Shown here piece after piece: positions 12,451 to 26,047 of a stretch of DNA of 53,876 nt. The DNA is from Chiloscyllium plagiosum (taxonomy: Eukaryota): NCBI RefSeq assembly GCF_004010195.1, contig NC_057718.1, forward strand, positions 42,152,296-42,206,171, in the 5' to 3' direction. A model generated the notes under the pieces. The model was given only the letters and a program-made list of their open reading frames with translations. It searched no databases and was not told the origin of the DNA. The position numbers and the translations under genes are program-made. Position 1 is the first letter of the stretch. Every line of letters starts with the position of its first letter.

Positions 12451-13929
12451 GTTGTGTAATTTCCAATCTTCCCTTTATTTATAAAATAATCTTCATGTTC
12501 CAGCTCCAGTTCCAGCAGGGGGGTTAGTTTTAAGTGGTCAAACAAGCTTTAGGCTCCTGCTAAGACATGCAGCTTTGCATTGAGTTGCATCACAGATTTT
12601 TCTATTATCAAATTATCTACAGTGCTACACCACAGACAGTCATGGAATAATCATGGCCTCTGGCGTCTGTGCCTATTTACTAGCCTCCTCCAATTTCCCC
12701 ACCTCCACCCGAGAAAAGAGACCAATGATGGAAGATTAAATATAACCAATTTAGGACAGGGAGCAAGAGAAATATTTTTGCTTCATACATTCTACAGTCT
12801 CACTCCCCTCTATTAGAGTTAGTGATTGAAATGCAAACTCTAACATTTAAACATAGGTTACATGGACAATGAAAGGAAAGAGAAAAAACAATATATGGAA
12901 CAGTGCAACTACTGGAATTAGGATAAATGCTTCTATGCAGGATAAACAGAAAAAAACACAGTAGAACCATTTATCTGCTGAAATGAAATGGAGTGACTTA
13001 TGAAATATAAGAAAGTACTCCAGTTGTTTGCAAACCTAAATATTGGTTCTTTGTAATAACAACATGTGTACTTATTAAACTATTATAGTTATTTTTCAAG
13101 TCAGAATTTTCTTCAGAACATTTCACCTGATATTCAAATAAATAATTTTGAAATTCAAATCATGGCAAAAGTTCATTTGGTTGTTTTATAAATAAGATTT
13201 TTTTTCATTTTTAGCTTGATTTCTTGATTTTTGCAATTCATCTAACTGTCCTTTCACATAACTCAATTAAGTTAACTGGCTGTATTAAGAAATAGGCATA
13301 TTATTGCTTCCACAGTAACATGCAAGCTATTGACTTCCTGGAGATAAACTACACCTGATAATTACCTAAGGAAGCCTTCAAGTGATGACAGTAGTAAATG
13401 TTATCTAAATGTGACATATATTAGTTATGTGGATTCCATTTACTTGAAAATATTTCTGGTGAGTTCATTTATAGCAGGAACTAGGCAGTACAGAGTAAGC
13501 TTTAGCCAGATTATTGTTGATGATGTTAAAATGCAGTGTGGCATGTCCACTGGTCATCTATTGACATTTGGGTACCTGGTTCATTTGCATGCTGAGCTTC
13601 TTTAAGGGGCATCATTCTTAAAACAATAAAACAACAGTGACCACATTTAAAAAGTAAATTATCAAGTTACCTATTGATAAAATGCATTGTGCAGAGCTAA
13701 AACCAGACATTTATATTTCATATCTCTGCTCTCAATTTCTTACAAACAATATTACATAAATAGTAACTTGTATCTGTGGTATCTCAATGCAACATTCCTA
13801 CAAGTCCACAATAATTGCATAGATGTCTGGCTTGTGGGATCATTTATGCCCGCCATCATTTAGCTGTGTGAGGAAAGATCCTACGATCACATTTCACTTT
13901 TTTTTTTAGAAATTTCAATAACATTTTAG

Positions 13930-14430
13930 GATCATTGTGAATGCATTGGAGAGAGTACGAGAAAGATTGTAGGGATGCAAACTTCAGGTATAAGGATAGA
14001 TTGAAGAAGTTCAGACTTTTCTCTTTGAAGAGAAGAAGGCTAAGAGGTGATCTGACAGAGGTTTGCAAATTCACGAATGAGCGGACAGTGAAAAACTTGT
14101 TCCCACTCATAAAAGGAAAAGAATACAAGGGCATAGATTTAAAGTGATTTGCAAAAGAGTCAAGAATGTGTTCAAAATAAACTTACTCACATAGCAATTG
14201 GTTAGGATATTGAATGCATTACTTGAAAGTGTGATAGAGGCAGGGTGAGTTGAGACATTTTAGAGGGTTAAGGTTAAAGTTAGACAGATTTAGATGGAAA
14301 TAATGTGCAAGGATATAGGGGGGAAAGCAGGCGATTGGCAGAAGGTAATAATGCTCATTCAAAGAGCTGATACAGACACAATTGGCTGGACGGTCACCTT
14401 GTGCACCGTAACACATTTGTGAATCTGTGA
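13930..14430 (+). mobile_element. CR1 LINE 3' fragment (old)
   Basis: ORF reads FRYKDRLKKFRLFSLKRRRLRGDLTEVCK, followed by a 3' UTR-like end. Confidence 0.85.
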
Positions 14431-15713
14431 ACATGCTAAAGTAAATAAAATGTTTAAACATCTTACACACTAATAAAATCAACTCTCAAAGGGTACAATC
14501 TCGATGTTAGCCTCATCTCCATGTTAAAAATGTCCATTTTTAGCATATCAAATTATATAAGTGGGAATGACTGGCCATTAAATAGGCGTGATGAGAACTA
14601 ATTTAGCAGGGTAGAGATCTATGCCCAATCAGCATGGGAATTCTGAAATGAGCAACAGTTTAATTTTGATATTGAAATGAGGCTCCTATACTCATATCAA
14701 AATTGGACTTTAATTCATTTAGACTAGTTGGACCTTGTAATGCATGAGTAAACATGATCATGTTAAACATTCATAGAACATCATATGGTAAATGTTCAAA
14801 ACATTGCTGTAGATTTTGATGAGTGAATATTTCAATGAATTCATATCACTACATCCACATTTTAAAACAATTTATTTCATTGGAAAAAATATCTAACTGC
14901 AATGCTAATTTCTCTTTTAAAAAAAACTTGTTACTACTGAAATCTCAAGTCTATTTTTTGTAAATCAAATAAAGTTTTCAAACATCATTGGTATTCAGCC
15001 ACTGTAAATAATATTTAGTCTAGTAGCTGTTATTTTGTAAATATATTGAACTAATCAAAGTCTCTTGGATCCTATTTTACAGATTCTTCAAAGTTAATTA
15101 AAATGTGCAAATTTTAATTGCATATATATGAAATTGTAATTATAGGTTTGTGCTTGAAAGATAGTAATGCTTTAAAGAACGTAGATTAGAGAAACATTTT
15201 CTGCAGATTTCCTGCTGTGTGGCTAATTTGATGATGTTTACTTTGTCCATTGTTAATTATCATATATTTTATTCACCAGACCTAAGCAATTGCTTATTTT
15301 CCCCGAACAGATTTTTGTTCCAGCATGAATAAGGCAATGTACATTTAATCAGTACTCTCCAAAGAAATGTGCCAGATGAAATATATTGATGTGAAAGCAA
15401 CACTAATTATGCAATTAACTAAGAACTACATGACATGAGGATATATATTTATCAACATACAGTATATCACAATTCTGCCTTCAATTCATCAACCCCTGCT
15501 ATTTCTCATCAAAATGCCACTTTTTAAAGAAATTATCCACAGGCAAGGGGTCAGCTTCATACATATGCTGGAGATATCCAATTCTAGCACCTCCTTCTGC
15601 CTTTGATTTCACAACTATGCTGTGCTACCCAAATGTCTGTCCAACATAAAGTATTAGATCAGCTGAAGCTTTTGACAATGTCAAAAGTGATGAAAGTATA
15701 AAATATATGTACG

Positions 15714-16498
15714 TGTTATTGTCAATTTTGGAATTTGGATTTTATAATAGAATCTTCTGTGAAGGTTTTCTTTTAAAAGGCTAGAAATCTTAGCTAAGAA
15801 ACCACATGATTGCAATCAATTGTGTGAAACAATCCCTGAAGTGTTAATAGAGAAGACTTTTATATTTGAGTTTTTGAACAAACTGAACAAAGCCATTATT
15901 TTTGTTGTGACTTCAGTTCAGAAGAAACAGGAGTTTAGTTCAACAGAGATTTTTTTTTCTCTCAGTAGCCTTCTCAGTTCAGTTCAAGGGAAACAGTCGC
16001 CACAGAGGAAGAAGTGTTTTCTAATCTCTGGTGTTTCTAAGCCAGGACAGTTCATATAGAAGTTTTAAAATTATTAGCATTCAGAAATTTTAGGACCTCA
16101 GAATTATGAAAAGATGATACTGGTGGACTCAAAGGAAATCTTAAAATTGTCTGCATGGTCCACAAAAAAAAACTGGAAGGAGTCAGTCAAATAAAAAAAG
16201 AGTTGCGAATAGAAGGATGCTTTCTCTGGATTTGAGTTTCTGTGATGAATGGAGTTGGAAACAGATTAAAACTTTGTTGTGCTATTTGTGTTAAGGTTAT
16301 TCTGAACTCTCTTTAATATCTGGACATTTTTTGTGTCATAAATTCATGTTCTGTTATTAAGGAACCCCAGCAGCTTCTTGTGAATATGTGTCAGTGACTA
16401 CCCTCCACTGAGCTAAAGAAAAAGAACATGATCTACCAAGCCAGGTTTCATTCTAGGATTTAACTTGCCCAGTATTACCATTAGCTGGGATCACAACA
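15714..16498 (+). mobile_element. Probable solo LTR (old)
   Basis: Termini tgttat...cacaaca. The 3' ~120 bp are homologous to 29480-29607. No clean TSD. Confidence 0.55.
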
Positions 16499-16834
16499 CA
16501 AGTAAATATTGTTATGACCAATCAGAACACAGGGATAAATTTTATGAGGGTGACATATTATTCACCCTTCCAGATGAAAAGTTTGTATTGTCATGCAGCC
16601 ATAACATACTATGGATGACCTTAAGCTGAACATCTGCATCTTAATGAGAGGAGCTCCAGCCATCAAGAACTGCTAATCAATCATTTTGGTTGGCAATTCT
16701 AGCAGTCTAATTAGTATCATCATTTTGCTGTGTGCATTGCTTGGACTACAAGAAACTCATGAAAAAATATGATACAAGTGAGAAAGGTTCCAAGTTATTA
16801 GAGCAAAAAGGAATCATGGCACCTAGGGAGGGCG

Positions 16835-17016
16835 AGTGTGGAATGAACCTCCTAAGAAAGTGGTGGATTATGACATTTTGATAGGTACGAATAGGAAACG
16901 TTTGGAGGGACATGGGCCATGAGCAGGCAAGTGGAATTAGTTTAGTTCGTGATTCTGTTCAGCATGGACTGGTTGGATTGAACAGTCTGTTTCGGTGCTG
17001 CATGACTCTATGACTC
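16835..17016 (+). mobile_element. CR1 LINE 3' end
   Basis: Reverse complement of the common CR1 3' UTR, ending gactctatgactc. Confidence 0.85.
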
Positions 17017-17259
17017 AATTACCTGTTATTGTATTTTTTAAAAAAAGGCTAGGTGGGCAGATGATTTCTCCTACATATCGCATTATGAGGTAGGTCGGGT
17101 TGGGGGAAAGGCAGTGGGGCGAACTACATGTCATATTTCACATGCCAACCATAAAAAAAAACACACACGTGCATGTCAAAATGCTGTCCCATACAGTATG
17201 CTTCCTTTCTAATTGTCTTAGCATTCTGTTTGATTGTGAGCTGAGGCCAAGTTCCATAT

Positions 17260-17740
17260 TAAGTTCATTATAGAAATGTCACCTTGCACCCTGGCAGTAT
17301 TGCCTATTTTCACCACTACCTCATTTCACTAAAGCCAAAATGCTCATCCACATATTGGGCAACTTCAAACTCAAGGTATTTCAATGCTCTCCAGCGACCT
17401 GAGTTTTATAAACTTTAACACCCATTTCCAAATTCAGAAGTTGTACTGCAAGCTGGGGTTCTATTTTCTGGATAAGAGAAGACTAGGAGGAAAAGTGTTG
17501 GCAGACTTTAGAAGTGCAAAGCATTCCAATTAAGTTAAGTTGGATATGCTGATTCTATTTCTGGATAAGATCTTGGAAGAAAGAACACAGAAATATGAGA
17601 ACTATTAAGAAATCAAATCAATGATTTAAAGAGGAATTTCTATTCCTCACAATGGTGAGAACGTGGAACTTGTAGAATTGCGTATGTGGAAAGAAGACAG
17701 ACTGTAAGAATTGACATGCGCCGACAACTCCATGTTACAG
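17260..17740 (+). mobile_element. Very old LINE fragments (L2-like then CR1-like)
   Basis: AKMLIH...YFNAL-like segment (similar to L2 ETLIHAFVTSRLDYSNALL), then ttttctggataagagaagactaggagg and aatggtgagaacgtggaact (CR1-like). Confidence 0.45.
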
Positions 17741-19346
17741 TATTATGTAAATAAGCTGAGTCAAATCAAACTGTATGTTATTGTTTGATACATAAAGCCA
17801 TCTCGTAAGGTTATAGCTACTGCTAATCAAACCTTAAATCTTGAGTGTTAAAACAATTACCAAACATGACCTGAAGTTCCAATCCTGGAAATAATTTTTG
17901 TAATATTTGATGTTTGAGGAGGATGGTCAGTAAATTACAGTTATTATAATTAACTCTCCACCTTTACAGAAAAGCTGTCCAATAAAACTGTGCAAAACTT
18001 TAAGGTTTACTTTTCACATACAACTTATTAGAAGAGTTGTTCGTATACTATAGAAAACAGGAAGTGGTTCCATAAATGTAACTGAACTGGTCAAACATGA
18101 AAGCATTTTTTATGATTTGTGTGGTTTGCAATTGTAATAATATCCAACATTTTTGGATCACTTTTAGGTCACTAACATACAACTATACCAGGTAGCCATG
18201 AAACGACACCAGGTAGCCATCGTTCAAACGTTTATCAATCTTTACACTTTGAATTGTATTCAAACATTCTGTCTGTAGGTCAGAAAAGTGTCCTTTCATT
18301 GGGCTTCCTTGTTAAAACACAAAACAAAGCCATACATTTGGATTAGATAGAGGTATGATGTGAACCTGAGCACACCTCCACCTGCTAACACATTATTATG
18401 AAAACTTGTAAAGAAGAAATAAAGTAGAAAGGAATATTTTCCAAAATTGTCTAAACCAAAGTCTCCTCTACTTCTCAGCCCTTCAAGCTTTTTGTAGATT
18501 GAAGAGCATGTGGAACACAATCTGAATAATACACCTATTGTGCATATTCCATGAATTGCCAATTCAGGAAGAAGAATTAAATGAAGGCAAGTTTCTCTTT
18601 TTAGATTGTGTCTGGATTCTCAAGTCCTTTCATTGCACCCACCATTTTGCTTATGAATCCAAATACCTCCATGAAAGTCATACAAGTGCTGCAGTTTCCA
18701 CTCACTCCATTAGCAGTGATGATGAAGAGATCAGTCTCTCTTTACAGAGTCATCTGGTATTAATAAAGTTACATTTTGTCTCCAAAGCAAAGCAGCTTAA
18801 AGCCATCTAAGTGGCAATTTCTGTGCTGGTGGGAATTAAAAATCATTACACAGACATTTTCCCAGCTGAAATATGGTAAACCTGTTTTACTGGGGCTGGG
18901 ATTTGTGTCAATATACTTTATGGGAAAAGTGCAATGGAAGCATTAGTATTTGACAGGCTTTCTTGAAATAAGTGAAATTAATGGACCTCTTTTCATGTAA
19001 GACAAGGCCATGGCACCCCTTTCATGCTGCTTACAGATGGAAAAAAGTCAATACTTTTTTATTACTTGATGTTGACCTACATTCTGCTCTACAAGTGCTG
19101 TGCCCACTAATTGGTTTCAGTTGTGAAAAAAAGTTTGCCCCAAAGAAATGTGAGAGCAGATAAATCAATCTTTTTAGAAGAGTGCAGTGAGGCAAAGTGC
19201 TGGACTAATGATTGTGTTCTATTGACAGAAACTGATGCTTACGTCTGTTCACCCTGCCAAGGGGTGTGAGCCTTTTTCTTTTTATTTATCACTGCTAAGC
19301 TTCAATTGAAGAGAACAAAGGTTATTTGAAAAAAATGATTGGTTAT

Positions 19347-19987
19347 TGTTATGGACGAGGCCAGACACTCAAAATATGCTTAAGCAGGCAGCCCAGACCA
19401 TACCTTTGCAATTAGTTTTGCTAAGTGTACAGTGAAAATTACCTGGATTAAGTTAGCGAGGTTGACTACCAGGCTTAAAACAGACAAAAAAATGTATTCA
19501 CAAAATGTCACATTGAAACACGAAGAACAGAATAAAGAACCCCTACAAAACTCAGTCTATCCAAACTAGACTTAAGTATGCTATTCTGAAGAAACATAAC
19601 AGTCCCAATAAACAAACCCTCTTTAAAATACAGGACAAAGAAAGGGTCAGATGCTTACAGGTTGAAGTTAGAAGGGCAGAAGAGAGAGTTTCCACACAGC
19701 CCACTGTTGAACTCCAAACCAATTCTGGACTGAACTAAACTGCTCAGCTAGAGAGCTGACCACTCCCCTTTAATTTTAATGGTCATTTCTAAAACATGAC
19801 CACTTTGGCCTGAAGTCTCATCTGTTTATATATAAACAGAAGACCTCTCAAAATCCTTTTCATCTCTGTACCAAACCAGTTTGATGGGAGCCTGGCCTGG
19901 TTTATTACCCCTCTGAAAAAAAATCAAGGACAGAGTATCCTTGAGCCAAGGAGCAGCTTTTAGAAAAAAAGGATTAGCTTTGTGACA
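19347..19987 (-). mobile_element. Solo LTR (641 bp) with perfect 5-bp TSD
   Basis: Termini tgtta...tgaca, with gttat at both 19342-19346 and 19988-19992. TATA-like tttatatataaa at ~19825. Orientation is inferred. Confidence 0.9.
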
Positions 19988-20617
19988 GTTATAAACTAAG
20001 ATTATTCCAGTGTACAGAATTAGATTTGTAAGCAACCATAAACTAAACGGCTAAATCAAAGAAACAGTAAATTCATGTATTATAATGTGTTTCTGGATTG
20101 GATGCTATGGATATGAAATTTGTTAATCCACCAAGAAGGTGCACTCTTCTGGCAACACATAATGACTGTGTATCAGAATGCCCAAGGAACAATTAAACTA
20201 ATCTTTAGGCCTCAGCATCACAATTCAGTTGATAAACAGATGCTAATCAGGTGTCCTGCAACAGTTTGTCCGCTGGGGCCTAACAAATATTGGCTGGTAT
20301 AATGCCCAGATGTGACTTTGAGCGGGTACCTGGTCAATTCAGCTTGCCATTTCCTCTGTTGCATACAACCAACCTGAATTGCAAGGTATGATCCATGGAG
20401 ATGAGCAACACACATCCCTCAGCCATGGACACTGGCACTTACCAATTCTCCATGACCATCACAGCACCTCTCTGGTACACTGGCAAGGTGCTCTGGAAAG
20501 AGACTTGCATTGCAGGCTACACTGGCTTCTGAGCTTAAGATGGAGGGAAAATTATTGACAAAATACTTGAAGGTAGTTGGATCTATGACATGACCCCTGA
20601 GGAACTGTTCTGAAACT

Positions 20618-21778
20618 GAGATTCACAGATTTATGCAGCGCAGAAAAAATCCTTTAGCCCATTGAGTCTGCACCAACATAACTACCACTAAAAGTGCACT
20701 AATCCCAATTTCCTGCACTTGTTTCATATCCTTGAATGTTAGGATATTTGAAGTATTTATCCAAATATTTTTTTAAAGATTGTAAGGTTTCCTGCCTCCA
20801 CTACCTGCCCAGGCAATGCATTCCAGATTTCCACCACCTGCTGAGTGAAAAAGTGTTTTTCCAAATCCCCTCAGTATCTCCTGCCCCTTACCCTAAAACT
20901 GTGCCCTCTTGTGACTAACCCCTCAACCACGGGGAACAGCTGCTCTCTAGTCACCCTGTCCATACTCATCATAATCTTATACACCTCAATCATGCCCCAT
21001 TCAGACTTCACTCTCTTAAAAAAAACTCCAAGCCTATTCAGTCTCTCCTTATAGCTCAATTTCTCCAACCCAAGCAACATCCTGGTGAACCTCCTCTGCA
21101 ACCTTCTAGTATTATCACATCTTTCCTGTTGTGAGGTGACCAGCACTGCACACAGTACCACAGTTGTGGCCTGCCCAATGCTCTTTACAACTCCAACATT
21201 ATCTCCTTGCTGTTATAGTCTATATCACGACTGAAGAAAGAAAGTGTTCTATATGTCTTTTTAACTGTACAATTAATGTGCTCTGTAGAGTTCAGGGATT
21301 TGTGAATAATTACCACAAGATCCCCCTGTTCCTCTAAGTTACCCAGTGTCCTGCCATTCATTAAATATTCCCTCATCTTGTTACTTTTTCCAAAGTGCAT
21401 CACCTCCCACTTATTACAGTTAAATACTATCTGCCACTGGTCTGTCCATCTGACCAACCCGTCTATATCCTTCTATAAACTACAACCATCTTCTTTACTA
21501 TTAACCATTCCACCAATCTTGGTGTTTCTAACAAATTTGTTAGGCATGACCTCCCTCTGAAAAAAGCCATGCTTACTATCCCTAATTAACCCATGCCTTT
21601 CCAGGTGAGTATTAATTCACTCCTTCAGAATTTTCTCTGATAGTTTCCCTACCACTGGCATGAGACTCATCAGTCTGTAATTGCCTGATTCATCGCTTCC
21701 ACCCTTCTTATAAAATGGAACCCAATTAGTTATCTTCCAGTCCTTGGCACTTCTCCTGTGGCCAGAGAGGAATTAAAA
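20618..21778 (-). mobile_element. CR1 LINE fragment with internal deletion
   Basis: ORFs read LQRRFTRMLLGLEKLSYKERLNRLG and WTDQWQIVFNCNKWEVMHFG. Confidence 0.9.
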
Positions 21779-22329
21779 CTGACCTACAACAACAATTATC
21801 TTCCTATATGCCAGATATGACCAATCAGTGGAGAGTTTCCCCTTATTCCCAATGACTCTAATTTGCACTTAAAACGTCAGGGTTAAAGCTGAAAAGTCAA
21901 AAGATTCCGAAAAGACTTGGACCACGTTAGAAGGCTAATTCAGAATCAGATTAAATTTCTGTTTTCATTGACTGTTCAGCCCTTGCCAAGGCGCTGCCTT
22001 CTGCTCAAAACCCACAAGTATCCTCATTGAAGTTTAGCAATTTCCTGCTCTCCAGCAATAGCCATTGGGGAAAAGTACCAGAATTTAAAAAAGCAGCATA
22101 TAAGATAGGTGCTAAGATTTGCACAAAAATGATTTTTAAATGTTTTCTGTTAACTATTCGGCAGACACCTAAATTGAGCTTTTTATTCTGGATTTGGCAT
22201 TTACCTTGCAGTGAACTAAGGGCAAGATCTATTTATCTGGAATGAAGGAAAGCATTGGATCCTGGTTGCTGGGATATCATTAGGATTGTCGTACTGTTTG
22301 TGTCTTTGGAATGAGGATATTGATTTAAC

Positions 22330-23330
22330 TGAAGACGTCTTCCATGAGATCGTCTCAGAGCTGTCTGGCATGGAGTGGTACTATGGATTGCTCCATCTCT
22401 TGCTCCAGTCCTTCTGCCTGCTCCATTTCTTCTTTCCTTTCCTGCTGCGCTCCTGCCCATGATGTTAAAGACTCATCCATCATGATGGCAAAGTTGTGCA
22501 GCATGTAACACAAACACCACAAGTTTGGATACCTGCTTGGGAGTACTGTAAACATTTTCCAAATAGTCCAGGCAGAGGCAGTGTTGCTTGACCATGCAAA
22601 ATTGTATTTCTTTGGCAGCATTTCTTTCATTTGTATTTTCTTTGCAGGATATGTAGCTTTTGAGTAGACCCATCAGCTTTGTACAGAGTACCTAGTCTCC
22701 ATATGCCAGTCTGTAGCTTAGCAGCATGGTTGGAATAAAAGCAACAACCAGGATTGAAATAAAATGGAAGACATCTAACAGGAAGCCAGGCACAGATCTG
22801 TATGACGTGCTGTTTATAGTCACAAACCAACAGTTGTGAGAGGTTCAGACAGTAAAATACCTTTTGGTAAATAAAGATGGTGGATTGGTGTCAAGTTGCA
22901 TGCAAAGCAATATGTGCACACTTTTTACATGTTGGGAAAACCTGCAATGTAGGGAAAACCTAATGATTCCACCATCTGTCTATCCATGGGAATGAAGATG
23001 TTGGTGTAGCATATAGAACTTAAACGATCTATCCAATATATTGCACTCTGGAAAATATCACTGAGATTAATCTTTGCAGCCCAAAAGGAGCCCCAGGCAG
23101 ATAAGTTGGGGGATGTAGCAACCTGGACATTTACAGATAATGTAACCAAATCCTAGTTCAAGAATCGAGTTACAACTGCATGCGGTGAATAGCTCAGTGA
23201 CAGCTTTTATTAATACAAAGCAAAGAAGCTTGAGACATTGCTGCAAGGGTAATGCCAGAGAAGACTAGCATGCCATCGCATTGAGTGAAATGTCATTCAT
23301 CACCCTCTTCTGGCAACTGTCTTACCCTTT
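22330..23330 (-). pseudogene. Second degenerate PIF/Harbinger transposase relic
   Basis: Minus-strand fragments in HARBI1 order: TLSVNVQVATSPNLSAWGSF, DIFQSAIY, GFPYIAGFPNM, VCDYKQHVIQICAWLP, CLCLDYLEN.YSTPKQVSKLVV and CYMLHNFAI. Confidence 0.8.
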
Positions 23331-24924
23331 CTAATCTTCCTTATTGTTTCTACTCATCTTCTCACTTCCAAGGTGACTGTGCTAAATGACAGCAACCAAA
23401 CTATCTTTGAGGCAGCTAACAACAGTACAATGCCAACAATGTTCTGTTTCATTTCATCAAAGTGGACTTTTCAAAATGATAAGAAAATATCCAAAAGTCA
23501 GCAAACACGGATAAAGTGCGACTGCAGAATTTCTTAAGCTATCGCCACCTTATGGCAAGTTAGCACCAAGTTGCACTGCATAAGTTTACTGCATGGCAAA
23601 TAAAGCACCAACATTGAAATCTCGATTCAATGAAAATCCTAATATAAATAAAACAGCCTGCCCATTAAGTAATCCTAATGCACATTTCTGATATCAATGT
23701 AGCTATCTCAAGCAACATAGTAGGTCAGTGCTCAAAAAATAGCACTGTTTGGGTGAATTTCTAAACCCTTGTTTTAAGGTTAGTTTAAAGCAGTTCAAGC
23801 ATGTTGAGCAATAGGTATGATTTGTGTACCATTTAATATGGGTGCCATGGTTTGAGATTCCCTGGCCATTGCACCAAATGCACCCCTGAGCAGGAGCAAT
23901 TGGTGTCAGTACTTTGTTGTTAAGCTGTGCATCCTGTGCCATACATTATCATATCTGTCTATGCATTAAGGCATTGTTGTAAATTGTTTTCATGATTTTG
24001 TTCATATAGTATTGACTGTAACATTTTTTGCTAAAATTGATTCAAAAGAGATTGTCGTGCGATTCTCAGACTTCTCAGTGTTTCAGTTATTCCCGATGTC
24101 ACCAGCTATTCAAGTCACTGGAAGCCCTTCTGTTTTGGTCTGTTCATGACATTTCCAGCAAGACTCAAAAACTGAAAAAGAATGATTAGTGGGAAGATAC
24201 CAATCGTGACCACAGTTGCACAGAAAGTCTTCTCGATATTGACAGATTTAAAATTTAGAACTTCAAATAAATTGGAGTTTTGAGAATTATATTAAGTGTG
24301 AAATTAAACTCACTATCCTGAAAATAATTCCTGAGACTGAAAACTAATGTAATACTGCTTCAGACAAAAACCTCTCTCTCACTTGCAAGGGCAGTATTAT
24401 TGCCACCAATCTTAATAAAGGAGGAGAAAATATATTTTGAAAGTGATGCCATGAAAGATTTATTCTCCGGTGTTTCATTAATCTCTTAGCTCTTGGACCT
24501 TTTTTTGTATTTTTTAAAAAATTTCTGATCTTTTCATTCGTATACACACTTCTAAATTTGTCTCTTTTATTTGATTAATTGACTAGAATCTTCTGCTCCT
24601 GGAGATGGTAAGCTTCAAGGTGAGAGGGCAATTACTTAGATAACATATAGGTGGCACACCCGTCTTCTAGCCTTCATCAGAATTATGATGTGGGTGGGAG
24701 ACCAATGATCGACCTTTCTGCCCGTCCATCTATTGAGGCCCTTAGGTGACCAATTAAGAACCACTTGGACTTCAGCCTACCATTCCTGAGATGAACCCTG
24801 TCATCATGCAGATTTCCAATCACTGCTAATCTGTAGCAATTTGTCACCTTGGAAAGACATTGTCCCTCGATCAGGGCAATCAGATTGAGAATCTGAATGC
24901 CAGGCAGGTGAGCAACCACTCAGA

Positions 24925-25010
24925 GCCACGATTAAAGTGGTGCTGGAAAAGCACAACAGGTCAGGCAACATCTGAGGAGCAAGAAAATCGACCTTTCGGG
25001 CAAAAGCACC
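24925..25010 (-). mobile_element. Penelope terminal fragment
   Basis: gtggtgctggaaaagcacaacaggtcaggcaacatctgaggagcaagaaaatcgacctttcgggcaaaagc matches 25963-26033. Confidence 0.8.
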
Positions 25011-26011
25011 CTGCATTTACATCCAACATCCCTGCTCCCTTTTTCCTCTTGACTCCCTGCCAAGAGAATCTCTTCGTCACATCACTCAGCTTTTTCTGGG
25101 ATCTGCTGTGATCTGGGATTATTGTTCTGGCAGCAACTACCACTTCTGCAATGGAACTGCTTGGGGCAAAAGCTGTTTGCTTCTGATTGGCAGCCAGCTC
25201 TTTGTCGGTTGGACCTATGCCCATGTGGACCTGATTCCAAGAGAATGGCTTCCACCGATGGCTTCACCAATAGTTTGTGGTTTGTCAGAAGAGGTAGCAT
25301 AGATCTTTCACTGGTTTTCCAGCCAGCATTCAAGACTCCAAGCACTTCAAGAACATTCTGCTATGTCTTCTAAATTTGTTTCTTAATCACAAGACCATCT
25401 TTCCTAATGCCAATTGAAATTGAGTAAAACTGTAGAAGTAGCTGTATAACTTTGTACTTTTAATTCAATGATACTGGGGACTCTTCTTGAACCATTGTAG
25501 TCTGTGCAACTGTAATAAAGTTTATAATACATTTGAATTTTTAGGAACTTAGATTTAAAGTACAGGTAAATAGGGTTTTGATTTTTGGTGCTATAACATT
25601 CTGACTTTTTTTAGCATGGGTCAGAAAGTCATTTGGAACAATGGGTTAAAGACGTCATTTCCAAGAATTCATGTAAGCTAAGCCAAATACTCAATAAGCT
25701 TAGTATAATAGCTGCTGCTTATTGTTGCCTTGAGTCATTATAACTCAGACAAAAAGATAGGAAATATACATAAGTTAAGTTCAGAAGAAAAGATTCATTC
25801 CAATAGAAGGGCTTTTTTTCATTTGCAGAATTATAAAGTCATAGAGATGTACAGCATGGAAACAGACCCTTTGGTCTAACTTGCCCATGCTGACCAGCTA
25901 TCCCAACCTAATCTGGTCCCATTTGCCAGCACTTGACCCATATCCCTCTAGTTGGGGTCAGAGTGGTGCTGAAAAAGCATAGCAAGTCAGGCTGCATCCG
26001 AGGAGCAGGAA

Positions 26012-26047
26012 AATCGACGTTTCAGGCAAAAGCCCTTCATCAGGAAT
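26012..26047 (-). ncRNA. Minimal type I hammerhead ribozyme motif
   Basis: AUUC CUGAUGA A GGGC-UUUU-GCCU GAAA C GUC/GAUU: conserved core, stem II and GUC cleavage triplet. Confidence 0.75.

Noticed and set aside
18187..18220. 13-bp direct repeat accaggtagccat x2
   Set aside because: Only two copies 8 bp apart, so a local duplication rather than an array or CRISPR.
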